A stretch of 64,000 bases of DNA from Auanema rhodensis (lineage: Eukaryota > Animalia > Nematoda), in assembly GCA_964057225.1 (NCBI GenBank), contig OZ059898.1, positions 21,204,001-21,268,000 on the forward strand. The letters run 5' to 3'. Positions 26,501-40,476 of this stretch are shown piece after piece; within the stretch, counting starts at the first letter, position 1, and every line of letters begins with the position of its first letter. The position numbers and the translations under genes were made by a program. The notes under the pieces were generated by a model, which was given only the letters and a program-made list of their open reading frames with translations, was not told where the DNA came from and searched no databases.

Positions 26501-29500
26501 GCTTCACGTGAAAGATAAAGAGATGCGGTTTTCAAAATTAGATTCCCCATGTCCATATTAGTCTAAAAACAAATTTTTATTGATATTGGTTCATGGTAAC
26601 CATGACTTTGAAATTTACGTGAACTTTAATTTATGCTAATTAAATGTACACGTGATGTGCACTTGGTATGTAACTCGCTTCACGTGAAAGATAAAGAGAT
26701 GCGGTTTTCATAATTAGATTCCCCATGTCCATATTAGTCTAAAAACAAATTTTTATTGATATTGGTGCATGGTAACCATGACTTTGAAATTTACGTGAAC
26801 TTTAATTTATTCTAATTAAATGTACACGTGATGTGCACTTGGTATATAACTCGCTTCACGTGAAAGATAAAGAGATGCGGTTTTCAAAATTAGATTCCCC
26901 ATGTCCATATTAGTCTAAAAACAAATTTTTATTGATATTGGTGCATGGTAACCATGACTTTGAAATTTACGTGAACTTTAATTTATGCTAATTAAATGTA
27001 CACGTGATGTGCACTTGGTATGTAACTCGCTTCACGTGAAAGATAAAGAGATGCGGTTTTCAAAATTAGATTCCCCATGTCCATATTAGTCTAAAAACAA
27101 ATTTTTATCGATATTGGTTCATGGTAACCATGACTTTGAAATTTACGTGAACTTTAATTTATGCTAATTAAATGTACACGTGATGTGCACTTGGTATGTA
27201 ACTCGCTTCACGTGAAAGATAAAGAGATGCGGTTTTCAAAATTAGATTCCCCATGTCCATATTAGTCTAAAAACAAATTTTTATTGATATTGGTGCATGG
27301 TAACCATGACTTTGAAATTTACGTGTACTTTAATTTATGCTAATTAAATGTACACGTGATGTGCACTTGGTATGTAACTCGCTTCACGTGAAAGATAAAG
27401 AGATGCGGTTTTCATAATTAGATTCCCCATGTCCATATTAGTCTAAAAACAAATTTTTATTGATATTGGTGCATGGTAACCATGACTTTGAAATTTACGT
27501 GAACTTTAATTTATTCTAATTAAATGTACACGTGATGTGCACTTGGTATGTAACTCGCTTCACGTGAAAGATAAAGAGATGCGGTTTTCAAAATTAGATT
27601 CCCCATGTCCATATTAGTCTAAAAACAAATTTTTATTGATATTGGTGCATGGTAACCATGACTTTGAAATTTACGTGAACTTTAATTTATGCTAATTAAA
27701 TGTACACGTGATGTGCACTTGGTATGTAACTCGCTTCACGTGAAAGATAAAGAGATGCGGTTTTCAAAATTAGATTCCCCATGTCCATATTAGTCTAAAA
27801 ACAAATTTTTATTGATATTGGTTCATGGTAACCATGACTTTGAAATTTACGTGAACTTTAATTTATGCTAATTAAATGTACACGTGATGTGCACTTGGTA
27901 TGTAACTCGCTTCACGTGAAAGATAAAGAGATGCGGTTTTCATAATTAGATTCCCCATGTCCATATTAGTCTAAAAACAAATTTTTATTGATATTGGTGC
28001 ATGGTAACCATGACTTTGAAATTTACGTGAACTTTAATTTATTCTAATTAAATGTACACGTGATGTGCACTTGGTATATAACTCGCTTCACGTGAAAGAT
28101 AAAGAGATGCGGTTTTCAAAATTAGATTCCCCATGTCCATATTAGTCTAAAAACAAATTTTTATTGATATTGGTGCATGGTAACCATGACTTTGAAATTT
28201 ACGTGAACTTTAATTTATGCTAATTAAATGTACACGTGATGTGCACTTGGTATGTAACTCGCTTCACGTGAAAGATAAAGAGATGCGGTTTTCAAAATTA
28301 GATTCCCCATGTCCATATTAGTCTAAAAACAAATTTTTATCGATATTGGTTCATGGTAACCATGACTTTGAAATTTACGTGAACTTTAATTTATGCTAAT
28401 TAAATGTACACGTGATGTGCACTTGGTATGTAACTCGCTTCACGTGAAAGATAAAGAGATGCGGTTTTCAAAATTAGATTCCCCATGTCCATATTAGTCT
28501 AAAAACAAATTTTTATTGATATTGGTGCATGGTAACCATGACTTTGAAATTTACGTGTACTTTAATTTATGCTAATTAAATGTACACGTGATGTGCACTT
28601 GGTATGTAACTCGCTTCACGTGAAAGATAAAGAGATGCGGTTTTCATAATTAGATTCCCCATGTCCATATTAGTCTAAAAACAAATTTTTATTGATATTG
28701 GTGCATGGTAACCATGACTTTGAAATTTACGTGAACTTTAATTTATTCTAATTAAATGTACACGTGATGTGCACTTGGTATATAACTCGCTTCACGTGAA
28801 AGATAAAGAGATGCGGTTTTCAAAATTAGATTCCCCATGTCCATATTAGTCTAAAAACAAATTTTTATTGATATTGGTGCATGGTAACCATGACTTTGAA
28901 ATTTACGTGAACTTTAATTTATGCTAATTAAATGTACACGTGATGTGCACTTGGTATGTAACTCGCTTCACGTGAAAGATAAAGAGATGCGGTTTTCAAA
29001 ATTAGATTCCCCATGTCCATATTAGTCTAAAAACAAATTTTTATCGATATTGGTTCATGGTAACCATGACTTTGAAATTTACGTGAACTTTAATTTATGC
29101 TAATTAAATGTACACGTGATGTGCACTTGGTATGTAACTCGCTTCACGTGAAAGATAAAGAGATGCGGTTTTCAAAATTAGATTCCCCATGTCCATATTA
29201 GTCTAAAAACAAATTTTTATTGATATTGGTGCATGGTAACCATGACTTTGAAATTTACGTGAACTTTAATTTATGCTAATTAAATGTACACGTGATGTGC
29301 ACTTGGTATGTAACTCGCTTCACGTGAAAGATAAAGAGATGCGGTTTTCAAAATTAGATTCCCCATGTCCATATTAGTCTAAAAACAAATTTTTATTGAT
29401 ATTGGTGCATGGTAACCATGACTTTGAAATTTACGTGAACTTTAATTTATGCTAATTAAATGTACACGTGATGTGCACTTGGTATGTAACTCGCTTCACG

Positions 29501-32500
29501 TGAAAGATAAAGAGATGCGGTTTTTAAAATTAGATTCCCCATGTCCATATTAGTCTAAAAACAAATTTTTATTGATATTGGTGCATGGTAACCATGACTT
29601 TGAAATTTACGTGAACTTTAATTTATGCTAATTAAATGTACACGTGATGTGCACTTGGTATGTAACTCGCTTCACGTGAAAGATAAAGAGATGCGGTTTT
29701 CAAAATTAGATTCCCCATGTCCATATTAGTCTAAAAACAAATTTTTATTGATATTGGTGCATGGTAACCATGACTTTGAAATTTACGTGAACTTTAATTC
29801 ATGCTAATTAAATGTACACGTGATGTGCACTTGGTATGTAACTCGCTTCACGTGAAAGATAAAGAGATGCGGTTTTCAAAATTAGATTCCCCATGTCCAT
29901 ATTAGTCTAAAAACAAATTTTTATTGATATTGGTGCATGGTAACCATGACTTTGAAATTTACGTGTACTTTAATTTATGCTAATTAAATGTACACGTGAT
30001 GTGCACTTGGTATTTAACTCGCTTCACGTGAAAGATAAAGAGATGCGGTTTTCAAAATTAGATTCCCCAAGTCCATATTAGTCTAAAAACAAATTTTTAT
30101 TGATATTGGTTCATGGTAACCATGACTTTGAAATTTACGTGAACTTTAATTTATGCTAATTAAATGTACACGTGATGTGCACTTGGTATGTAACTCGCTT
30201 CACGTGAAAGATAAAGAGATGCGGTTTTCAAAATTAGATTCCCCATGTCCATATTAGTCTAAAAACAAATTTTCATTGATATTGGTTCATGGTAACCATG
30301 ACTTTGAAATTTACGTGAACTTTGATTTATGCTAATTAAATGTACACGTGATGTGCACTTGGTATGTAACTCGCTTCACGTGAAAGATAAAGAGATGCAG
30401 TTTTCAAAATTAGATTCCCCATGTCCATATTAGTCTAAAAACAAATTTTTATTGATATTGGTGCATGGTAACCATGACTTTGAAATTTACGTGAACTTTA
30501 ATTTATGCTAATTAAATGTACACGTGATGTGCACTTGGTATGTAACTCGCTTCACGTGAAAGATAAAGAGATGCGGTTTTCAAAATTAGATTCCTCATGT
30601 CCATATTAGTCTAAAAACAAATTTTTATTGATATTGGTTCATGGTAACCATGACTTTGAAATTTACGTGAACTTTAATTTATGCTAATTAAATGTACACG
30701 TGATGTGCACTTGGTATGTAACTCGCTTCACGTGAAAGATAAAGAGATGCGGTTTTCAAAATTAGATTCCCCATCTCCATATTAGTCTAAAAACAAATTT
30801 TTATTGATATTGGTGCATGGTAACCATGACTTTGAAATTTACGTGAACTTTAATTTATGCTAATTAAATGTACACGTGATGTGCACTTGGTATGTAACTC
30901 GCTTCACGTGAAAGATAAAGAGATGCGGTTTTCAAAATTAGATTCCCATGTCCATATTAGTCTAAAAACAAATTTTTATTGATATTGGTTCATGGTAACC
31001 ATGACTTTGAAATTTACGTGAACTTTAATTTATGCTAATTAAATGTACACGTGATGTGCACTTGGTATGTAACTCGCTTCACGTGAAAGATAAAGAGATG
31101 CGGTTTTCAAAATTAGATTCCCCATGTCCATATTAGTCTAAAAACAAATTTTTATTGATATTGGTGCATGGTAACCATGACTTTGAAATTTACGTGAACT
31201 TTAATTTATGCTAATTAAATGTACACGTGATGTGCACTTGGTATGTAACTCGCTTCACGTGAAAGATAAAGAGATGCGGTTTTCAAAATTAGATTCCCCA
31301 TGTCCATATTAGTCTAAAAACAAATTTTTATTGATATTGGTTCATGGTAACCATGACTTTGAAATTTACGTGAACTTTAATTTATGCTAATTAAATGTAC
31401 ACGTGATGTGCACTTGGTATGTAACTCGCTTCACGTGAAAGATAAAGAGATGCGGTTTTCATAATTAGATTCCCCATGTCCATATTAGTCTAAAAACAAA
31501 TTTTTATTGATATTGGTGCATGGTAACCATGACTTTGAAATTTACGTGAACTTTAATTTATTCTAATTAAATGTACACGTGATGTGCACTTGGTATATAA
31601 CTCGCTTCACGTGAAAGATAAAGAGATGCGGTTTTCAAAATTAGATTCCCCATGTCCATATTAGTCTAAAAACAAATTTTTATTGATATTGGTGCATGGT
31701 AACCATGACTTTGAAATTTACGTGAACTTTAATTTATGCTAATTAAATGTACACGTGATGTGCACTTGGTATGTAACTCGCTTCACGTGAAAGATAAAGA
31801 GATGCGGTTTTCAAAATTAGATTCCCCATGTCCATATTAGTCTAAAAACAAATTTTTATCGATATTGGTTCATGGTAACCATGACTTTGAAATTTACGTG
31901 AACTTTAATTTATGCTAATTAAATGTACACGTGATGTGCACTTGGTATGTAACTCGCTTCACGTGAAAGATAAAGAGATGCGGTTTTCAAAATTAGATTC
32001 CCCATGTCCATATTAGTCTAAAAACAAATTTTTATTGATATTGGTGCATGGTAACCATGACTTTGAAATTTACGTGTACTTTAATTTATGCTAATTAAAT
32101 GTACACGTGATGTGCACTTGGTATGTAACTCGCTTCACGTGAAAGATAAAGAGATGCGGTTTTCAAAATTAGATTCCCCAAGTCCATATTAGTCTAAAAA
32201 CAAATTTTTATTGATATTGGTTCATGGTAACCATGACTTTGAAATTTACGTGAACTTTAATTTATGCTAATTAAATGTACACGTGATGTGCACTTGGTAA
32301 GTAACTCGCTTCACGTGAAAGATAAAGAGATGCGGTTTTCAAAATTAGATTCCCCATGTCCATATTAGTCTAAAAACAAATTTTTATTGATATTGGTGCA
32401 TGGTAACCATGACTTTGAAATTTACGTGAACTTTAATTTATGCTAATTAAATGTACACGTGATGTGCACTTGGTATGTAACTCGCTTCACGTGAAAGATA

Positions 32501-35500
32501 AAGAGATGCGGTTTTCAAAATTAGATTCCCCATGTCCATATTAGTCTAAAAACAAATTTTTATTGATATTGGTTCATGGTAACCATGACTTTGAAATTTA
32601 CGTGAACTTTAATTTATGCTAATTAAATGTACACGTGATGTGCACTTGGTATGTAACTCGCTTCACGTGAAAGATAAAGAGATGCGGTTTTCAAAATTAG
32701 ATTCCCCATGTCCATATTAGTCTAAAAACAAATTTTTATTGATATTGGTTCATGGTAACCATGACTTTGAAATTTACGTGAACTTTAATTTATGCTAATT
32801 AAATGTACACGTGATGTGCACTTGGTATGTAACTCGCTTCACGTGAAAGATAAAGAGATGCGGTTTTCAAAATTAGATTCCCCATGTCCATATTAGTCTA
32901 AAAACAAATTTTTATTGATATTGGTGCATGGTAACCATGACTTTGAAATTTACGTGAACTTTAATTTATGCTAATTAAATGTACACGTGATGTGCACTTG
33001 GTATGTAACTCGCTTCACGTGAAAGATAAAAAGATGCGGTTTTCAAAATTAGATTCCCCATCTCCATATTAGTCTAAAAACAAATTTTTATTGATATTGG
33101 TGCATGGTAACCAAGACTTTGAAATTTACGTGAACTTTAATTTATGCTAATTAAATGTACACGTGATGTGCACTTGGTATGTAACTCGCTTCACGTGAAA
33201 GATAAAGAGATGCGGTTTTCAAAATTAGATTCCCCATGTCCATATTAGTCTAAAAACAAATTTTTATTGATATTGGTTCATGGTAACCATGACTTTGAAA
33301 TTTACGTGAACTTTAATTTATGCTAATTAAATGTACACGTGATGTGCACTTGGTATGTAACTCGCTTCACGTGAAAGATAAAGAGATGCGGTTTTCAAAA
33401 TTAGATTCCCCATGTCCATATTAGTCTAAAAACAAATTTTTATTGATATTGGTGCATGGTAACCATGACTTTGAAATTTACGTGAACTTTAATTTATTCT
33501 AATTAAATGTACACGTGATGTGCACTTGGTATATAACTCGCTTCACGTGAAAGATAAAGAGATGCGGTTTTCAAAATTAGATTCCCCATGTCCATATTAG
33601 TCTAAAAACAAATTTTTATTGATATTGGTGCATGGTAACCATGACTTTGAAATTTACGTGAACTTTAATTTATGCTAATTAAATGTACACGTGATGTGCA
33701 CTTGGTATGTAACTCGCTTCACGTGAAAGATAAAGAGATGCGGTTTTCAAAATTAGATTCCCCATGTCCATATTAGTCTAAAAACAAATTTTTATTGATA
33801 TTGGTGCATGGTAACCATGACTTTGAAATTTACGTGAACTTTAATTTATTCTAATTAAATGTACACGTGATGTGCACTTGGTATGTAACTCGCTTCACGT
33901 GAAAGATAAAGAGATGCGGTTTTCAAAATTAGATTCCTCATGTCCATATTAGTCTAAAAACAAATTTTTATTGATATTGGTGCATGGTAACCATGACTTT
34001 GAAATTTACGTGAACTTTAATTTATGCTAATTAAATGTACACGTGATGTGCACTTGGTATGTAACTCGCTTCACGTGAAAGATAAAGAGATGCGGTTTTC
34101 AAAATTAGATTCCCCAAGTCCATATTAGTCTAAAAACAAATTTTTATTGATATTGGTTCATGGTAACCATGACTTTGAAATTTACGTGAACTTTAATTTA
34201 TGCTAATGAAATGTACACGTGATGTGCACTTGGTATGTAACCCGCTTCACGTGAAAGATAAAGAGATGCGGTTTTCAAAATTAGATTCCCCATGTCCATA
34301 TTAGTCTAAAAACAAATTTTTATTGATATTGGTGCATGGTAACCATGACTTTGAAATTTACGTGTACTTTAATTTATGCTAATTAAATGTACACGTGATG
34401 TGCACTTGGTATTTAACTCGCTTCACGTGAAAGATAAAGAGATGCGGTTTTCAAAATTAGATTCCCCAAGTCCATATTAGTCTAAAAACAAATTTTTATT
34501 GATATTGGTTCATGGTAACCATGACTTTGAAATTTACGTGAACTTTAATTTATGCTAATTAAATGTACACGTGATGTGCACTTGGTATGTAACTCGCTTC
34601 ACGTGAAAGATAAAGAGATGCGGTTTTCAAAATTAGATTCCCCATGTCCATATTAGTCTAAAAACAAATTTTTATTGATATTGGTTCATGGTAACCATGA
34701 CTTTGAAATTTACGTGAACTTTGATTTATGCTAATTAAATGTACACGTGATGTGCACTTGGTATGTAACTCGCTTCACGTGAAAGATAAAGAGATGCTGT
34801 TTTCAAAATTAGATTCCCCATGTCCATATTAGTCTAAAAACAAATTTTTATTGATATTGGTGCATGGTAACCATGACTTTGAAATTTACGTGAACTTTAA
34901 TTTATGCTAATTAAATGTACACGTGATGTGCACTTGGTATGTAACTCGCTTCACGTGAAAGATAAAGAGATGCGGTTTTCAAAATTAGATTCCTCATGTC
35001 CATATTAGTCTAAAAACAAATTTTTATTGATATTGGTTCATGGTAACCATGACTTTGAAATTTACGTGAACTTTAATTTATGCTAATTAAATGTACACGT
35101 GATGTGCACTTGGTATGTAACTCGCTTCACGTGAAAGATAAAGAGATGCTGTATTCAAAATTAGATTCCCCATGTCCATATTAGTCTAAAAACAAATTTT
35201 TATTGATATTGGTGCATGGTAACCATGACTTTGAAATTTACGTGAACTTTAATTTATGCTAATTAAATGTACACGTGATGTGCACTTGGTATGTAACTCG
35301 CTTCACGTGAAAGATAAAGAGATGCGGTTTTCAAAATTAGATTCCTCATGTCCATATTAGTCTAAAAACAAATTTTTATTGATATTGGTTCATGGTAACC
35401 ATGACTTTGAAATTTACGTGAACTTTAATTTATGCTAATTAAATGTACACGTGATGTGCACTTGGTATGTAACTCGCTTCACGTGAAAGATAAAGAGATG

Positions 35501-38500
35501 CGGTTTTCAAAATTAGATTCCCCATGTCCATATTAGTCTAAAAACAAATTTTTATTGATATTGGTGCATGGTAACCATGACTTTGAAATTTACGTGAACT
35601 TTAATTTATGCTAATTAAATGTACACGTGATGTGCACTTGGTATGTAACTCGCTTCACGTGAAAGATAAAGAGATGCGGTTTTCAAAATTAGATTCCCCA
35701 AGTCCATTTTAGTCTAAAAACAAATTTTTATTGATATTGGTTCATGGTAACCATGACTTTGAAATTTTCGTGAACTTTAATTTATGCTAATTAAATGTAC
35801 ACGTGATGTGCACTTGGTATGTAACTCGCTTCACGTGAAAGATAAAGAGATGCGGTTTTTAAAATTAGATTCCCCATGTCCATATTAGTCTAAAAACAAA
35901 TTTTTATTGATATTGGTGCATGGTAACCATGACTTTGAAATTTACGTGAACTTTAATTTATGCTAATTAAATGTACACGTGATGTGCACTTGGTATGTAA
36001 CTCGCTTCACGTGAAAGATAAAGAGATGCGGTTTTCAAAATTAGATTCCCCATCTCCATATTAGTCTAAAAACAAATTTTTATTGATATTGGTGCATGGT
36101 AACCATGACTTTGAAATTTACGTGAACTTTAATTTATGCTAATTAAATGTACACGTGATGTGCACTTGGTATGTAACTCGCTTCACGTGAAAGATAAAGA
36201 GATGCGGTTTTCAAAATTAGATTCCCCATGTCCATATTAGTCTAAAAACAAATTTTTATTGATATTGGTTCATGGTAACCATGACTTTGAAATTTACGTG
36301 AACTTTAATTTATGCTAATTAAATGTACACGTGATGTGCACTTGGTATGTAACTCGCTTCACGTGAAAGATAAAGAGATGCGGTTTTCATAATTAGATTC
36401 CCCATGTCCATATTAGTCTAAAAACAAATTTTTATTGATATTGGTGCATGGTAACCATGACTTTGAAATTTACGTGAACTTTAATTTATTCTAATTAAAT
36501 GTACACGTGATGTGCACTTGGTATATAACTCGCTTCACGTGAAAGATAAAGAGATGCGGTTTTCAAAATTAGATTCCCCATGTCCATATTAGTCTAAAAA
36601 CAAATTTTTATTGATATTGGTGCATGGTAACCATGACTTTGAAATTTACGTGAACTTTAATTTATGCTAATTAAATGTACACGTGATGTGCACTTGGTAT
36701 GTAACTCGCTTCACGTGAAAGATAAAGAGATGCGGTTTTCAAAATTAGATTCCCCATGTCCATATTAGTCTAAAAACAAATTTTTATCGATATTGGTTCA
36801 TGGTAACCATGACTTTGAAATTTACGTGAACTTTAATTTATGCTAATTAAATGTACACGTGATGTGCACTTGGTATGTAACTCGCTTCACGTGAAAGATA
36901 AAGAGATGCGGTTTTCAAAATTAGATTCCGCATGTCCATATTAGTCTAAAAACAAATTTTTATTGATATTGGTGCATGGTAACCATGACTTTGAAATTTA
37001 CGTGTACTTTAATTTATGCTAATTAAATGTACACGTGATGTGCACTTGGTATGTAACTCGCTTCACGTGAAAGATAAAGAGATGCGGTTTTCAAAATTAG
37101 ATTCCCCAAGTCCATATTAGTCTAAAAACAAATTTTTATTGATATTGGTTCATGGTAACCATGACTTTGAAATTTACGTGAACTTTAATTTATGCTAATT
37201 AAATGTACACGTGATGTGCACTTGGTATGTAACTCGCTTCACGTGAAAGATAAAGAGATGCGGTTTTCAAAATTAGATTCCCCATGTCCATATTAGTCTA
37301 AAAACAAATTTTTATTGATATTGGTTCATGGTAACCATGACTTTGAAATTTACGTGAACTTTAATTTATGCTAATTAAATGTACACGTGATGTGCACTTG
37401 GTATGTAACTCGCTTCACGTGAAAGATAAAGAGATGCGGTTTTCAAAATTAGATTCCCCATCTCCATATTAGTCTAAAAACAAATTTTTATTGATATTGG
37501 TGCATGGTAACCATGACTTTGAAATTTACGTGAACTTTAATTTATGCTAATTAAATGTACACGTGATGTGCACTTGGTATGTAACTCGCTTCACGTGAAA
37601 GATAAAGAGATGCGGTTTTCAAAATTAGATTCCCCATGTCCATATTAGTCTAAAAACAAATTTTTATTGATATTGGTTCATGGTAACCATGACTTTGAAA
37701 TTTACGTGAACTTTAATTTATGCTAATTAAATGTACACGTGATGTGCACTTGGTATGTAACTCGCTTCACGTGAAAGATAAAGAGATGCGGTTTTCAAAA
37801 TTAGATTCCCCATGTCCATATTAGTCTAAAAACAAATTTTTATTGATATTGGTGCATGGTAACCATGACTTTGAAATTTACGTGAACTTTAATTTATTCT
37901 AATTAAATGTACACGTGATGTGCACTTGGTATATAACTCGCTTCACGTGAAAGATAAAGAGATGCGGTTTTCAAAATTAGATTCCCCATGTCCATATTAG
38001 TCTAAAAACAAATTTTTATTGATATTGGTGCATGGTAACCATGACTTTGAAATTTACGTGAACTTTAATTTATGCTAATTAAATGTACACGTGATGTGCA
38101 CTTGGTATGTAACTCGCTTCACGTGAAAGATAAAGAGATGCGGTTTTCAAAATTAGATTCCCCATGTCCATATTAGTCTAAAAACAAATTTTTATTGATA
38201 TTGGTGCATGGTAACCATGACTTTGAAATTTACGTGAACTTTAATTTATTCTAATTAAATGTACACGTGATGTGCACTTGGTATGTAACTCGCTTCACGT
38301 GAAAGATAAAGAGATGCGGTTTTCAAAATTAGATTCCCCATGTCCATATTAGTCTAAAAACAAATTTTTATTGATATTGGTGCATGGTAACCATGACTTT
38401 GAAATTTACGTGAACTTTAATTTATGCTAATTAAATGTACACGTGATGTGCACTTGGTATGTAACTCGCTTCACGTGAAAGATAAAGAGATGCGGTTTTT

Positions 38501-40475
38501 AAAATTAGATTACCCATGTCCATATTAGTCTAAAAACAAATTTTTATTGATATTGGTTCATGGTAACCATGACTTTGAAATTTACGTGAACTTTAATTTA
38601 TGCTAATTAAATGTACACGTGATGTGCACTTGGTATGTAACCCGCTTCACGTGAAAGATAAAGAGATGCGGTTTTCAAAATTAGATTCCCCATGTCCATA
38701 TTAGTCTAAAAACAAATTTTTATTGATATTGGTGCATGGTAACCATGACTTTGAAATTTACGTGAACTTTAATTTATTCTAATTAAATGTACACGTGATG
38801 TGCACTTGGTATGTAACTCGCTTCACGTGAAAGATAAAGAGATGCGGTTTTCAAAATTAGATTCCCCATGTCCATATTAGTCTAAAAACAAATTTTTATT
38901 GATATTGGTGCATGGTAACCATGACTTTGAAATTTACGTGAACTTTAATTTATGCTAATTAAATGTACACGTGATGTGCACTTGGTATGTAACTCGCTTC
39001 ACGTGAAAGATAAAGAGATGCGGTTTTCAAAATTAGATTCTTCAAGTCCATATTAGTCTAAAAACAAATTTTTATTGATATTGGTTCATGGTAACCATGA
39101 CTTTGAAATTTACGTGAACTTTAATTTATGCTAATTAAATGTACACGTGATGTGCACTTGGTATGTAACCCGCTTCACGTAAAAGATAAAGAGATGCGGT
39201 TTTCAAAATTAGATTCCCCATGTCCATATTAGTCTAAAAACAAATTTTTATTGATATTGGTGCATGGTAACCATGACTTTGAAATTTACGTGAACTTTAA
39301 TTTATGCTAATTAAATGTACACGTGATGTGCACTTGGTATGTAACTCGCTTCACGTGAAAGATAAAGAGATGCGGTTTTCAAAATTAGATTCCCCATGTC
39401 CATATTAGTCTAAAAACAAATTTTTATTGATATTGGTGCATGGTAACCATGACTTTGAAATTTACGTGAACTTTAATTCATGCTAATTAAATGTACACGT
39501 GATGTGCACTTGGTATGTAACTCGCTTCACGTGAAAGATAAAGAGATGCGGTTTTCAAAATTAGATTCCCCATGTCCATATTAGTCTAAAAACAAATTTT
39601 TATTGATATTGGTGCATGGTAACCATGACTTTGAAATTTACGTGTACTTTAATTTATGCTAATTAAATGTACACGTGATGTGCACTTGGTATGTAACTCG
39701 CTTCACGTGAAAGATAAAGAGATGCGGTTTTCAAAATTAGATTCCCCAAGTCCATATTAGTCTAAAAACAAATTTTTATTGATATTGGTTCATGGTAACC
39801 ATGACTTTGAAATTTACGTGAACTTTAATTTATGCTAATTAAATGTACACGTGATGTGCACTTGGTATGTAACTCGCTTCACGTGAAAGATAAAGAGATG
39901 CGGTTTTCAAAATTAGATTCCCCATGTCCATATTAGTCTAAAAACAAATTTTTATTGATATTGGTTCATGGTAACCATGACTTTGAAATTTACGTGAACT
40001 TTAATTTATGCTAATTAAATGTACACGTGATGTGCACTTGGTATGTAACTCGCTTCACGTGAAAGATAAAGAGATGCGGTTTTCAAAATTAGATTCCCCA
40101 TGTCCATATTAGTCTAAAAACAAATTTTTATTGATATTGGTGCATGGTAACCATGACTTTGAAATTTACGTGAACTTTAATTCATGCTAATTGAATGTAC
40201 ACGTGATGTGCACTTGGTATGTAACTCGCTTCACGTGAAAGATAAAGAGATGCGGTTTTCATAATTAGATTCCCCATGTCCATATTAGTCTAAAAACAAA
40301 TTTTTATTGATATTGGTGCATGGTAACCATGACTTTGAAATTTACGTGTACTTTAATTTATGCTAATTAAATGTACACGTGATGTGCACTTGGTATGTAA
40401 CTCGCTTCACGTGAAAGATAAAGAGATGCGGTTTTGAAAATTAGATTCCCCAAGTCCATATTAGTCTAAAAACAA
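20591..40475. repeat. Middle variant domain of the array
   Basis: Markers: G130A (20721, 21426, 24239, 25647, 30399), G154C, A138T, G62T/G97A, G97T and T5C. A49T (first at 23806) and T153A first appear here. Boundaries are approximate. Confidence 0.75.
23582..26400. repeat. 8-monomer (1408-bp) tandem duplication, with a third copy near 29.7-31.1 kb
   Basis: T59C at 23640/25048, A49T at 23806/25214, T5C at 24114/25522/30274, G130A at 24239/25647/30399. Confidence 0.85.
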
Positions 40476-40476
40476 A

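Noticed and set aside
30946-30948. C3 instead of C4
   Set aside because: A homopolymer singleton; duplicated copies of the same block retain C4.
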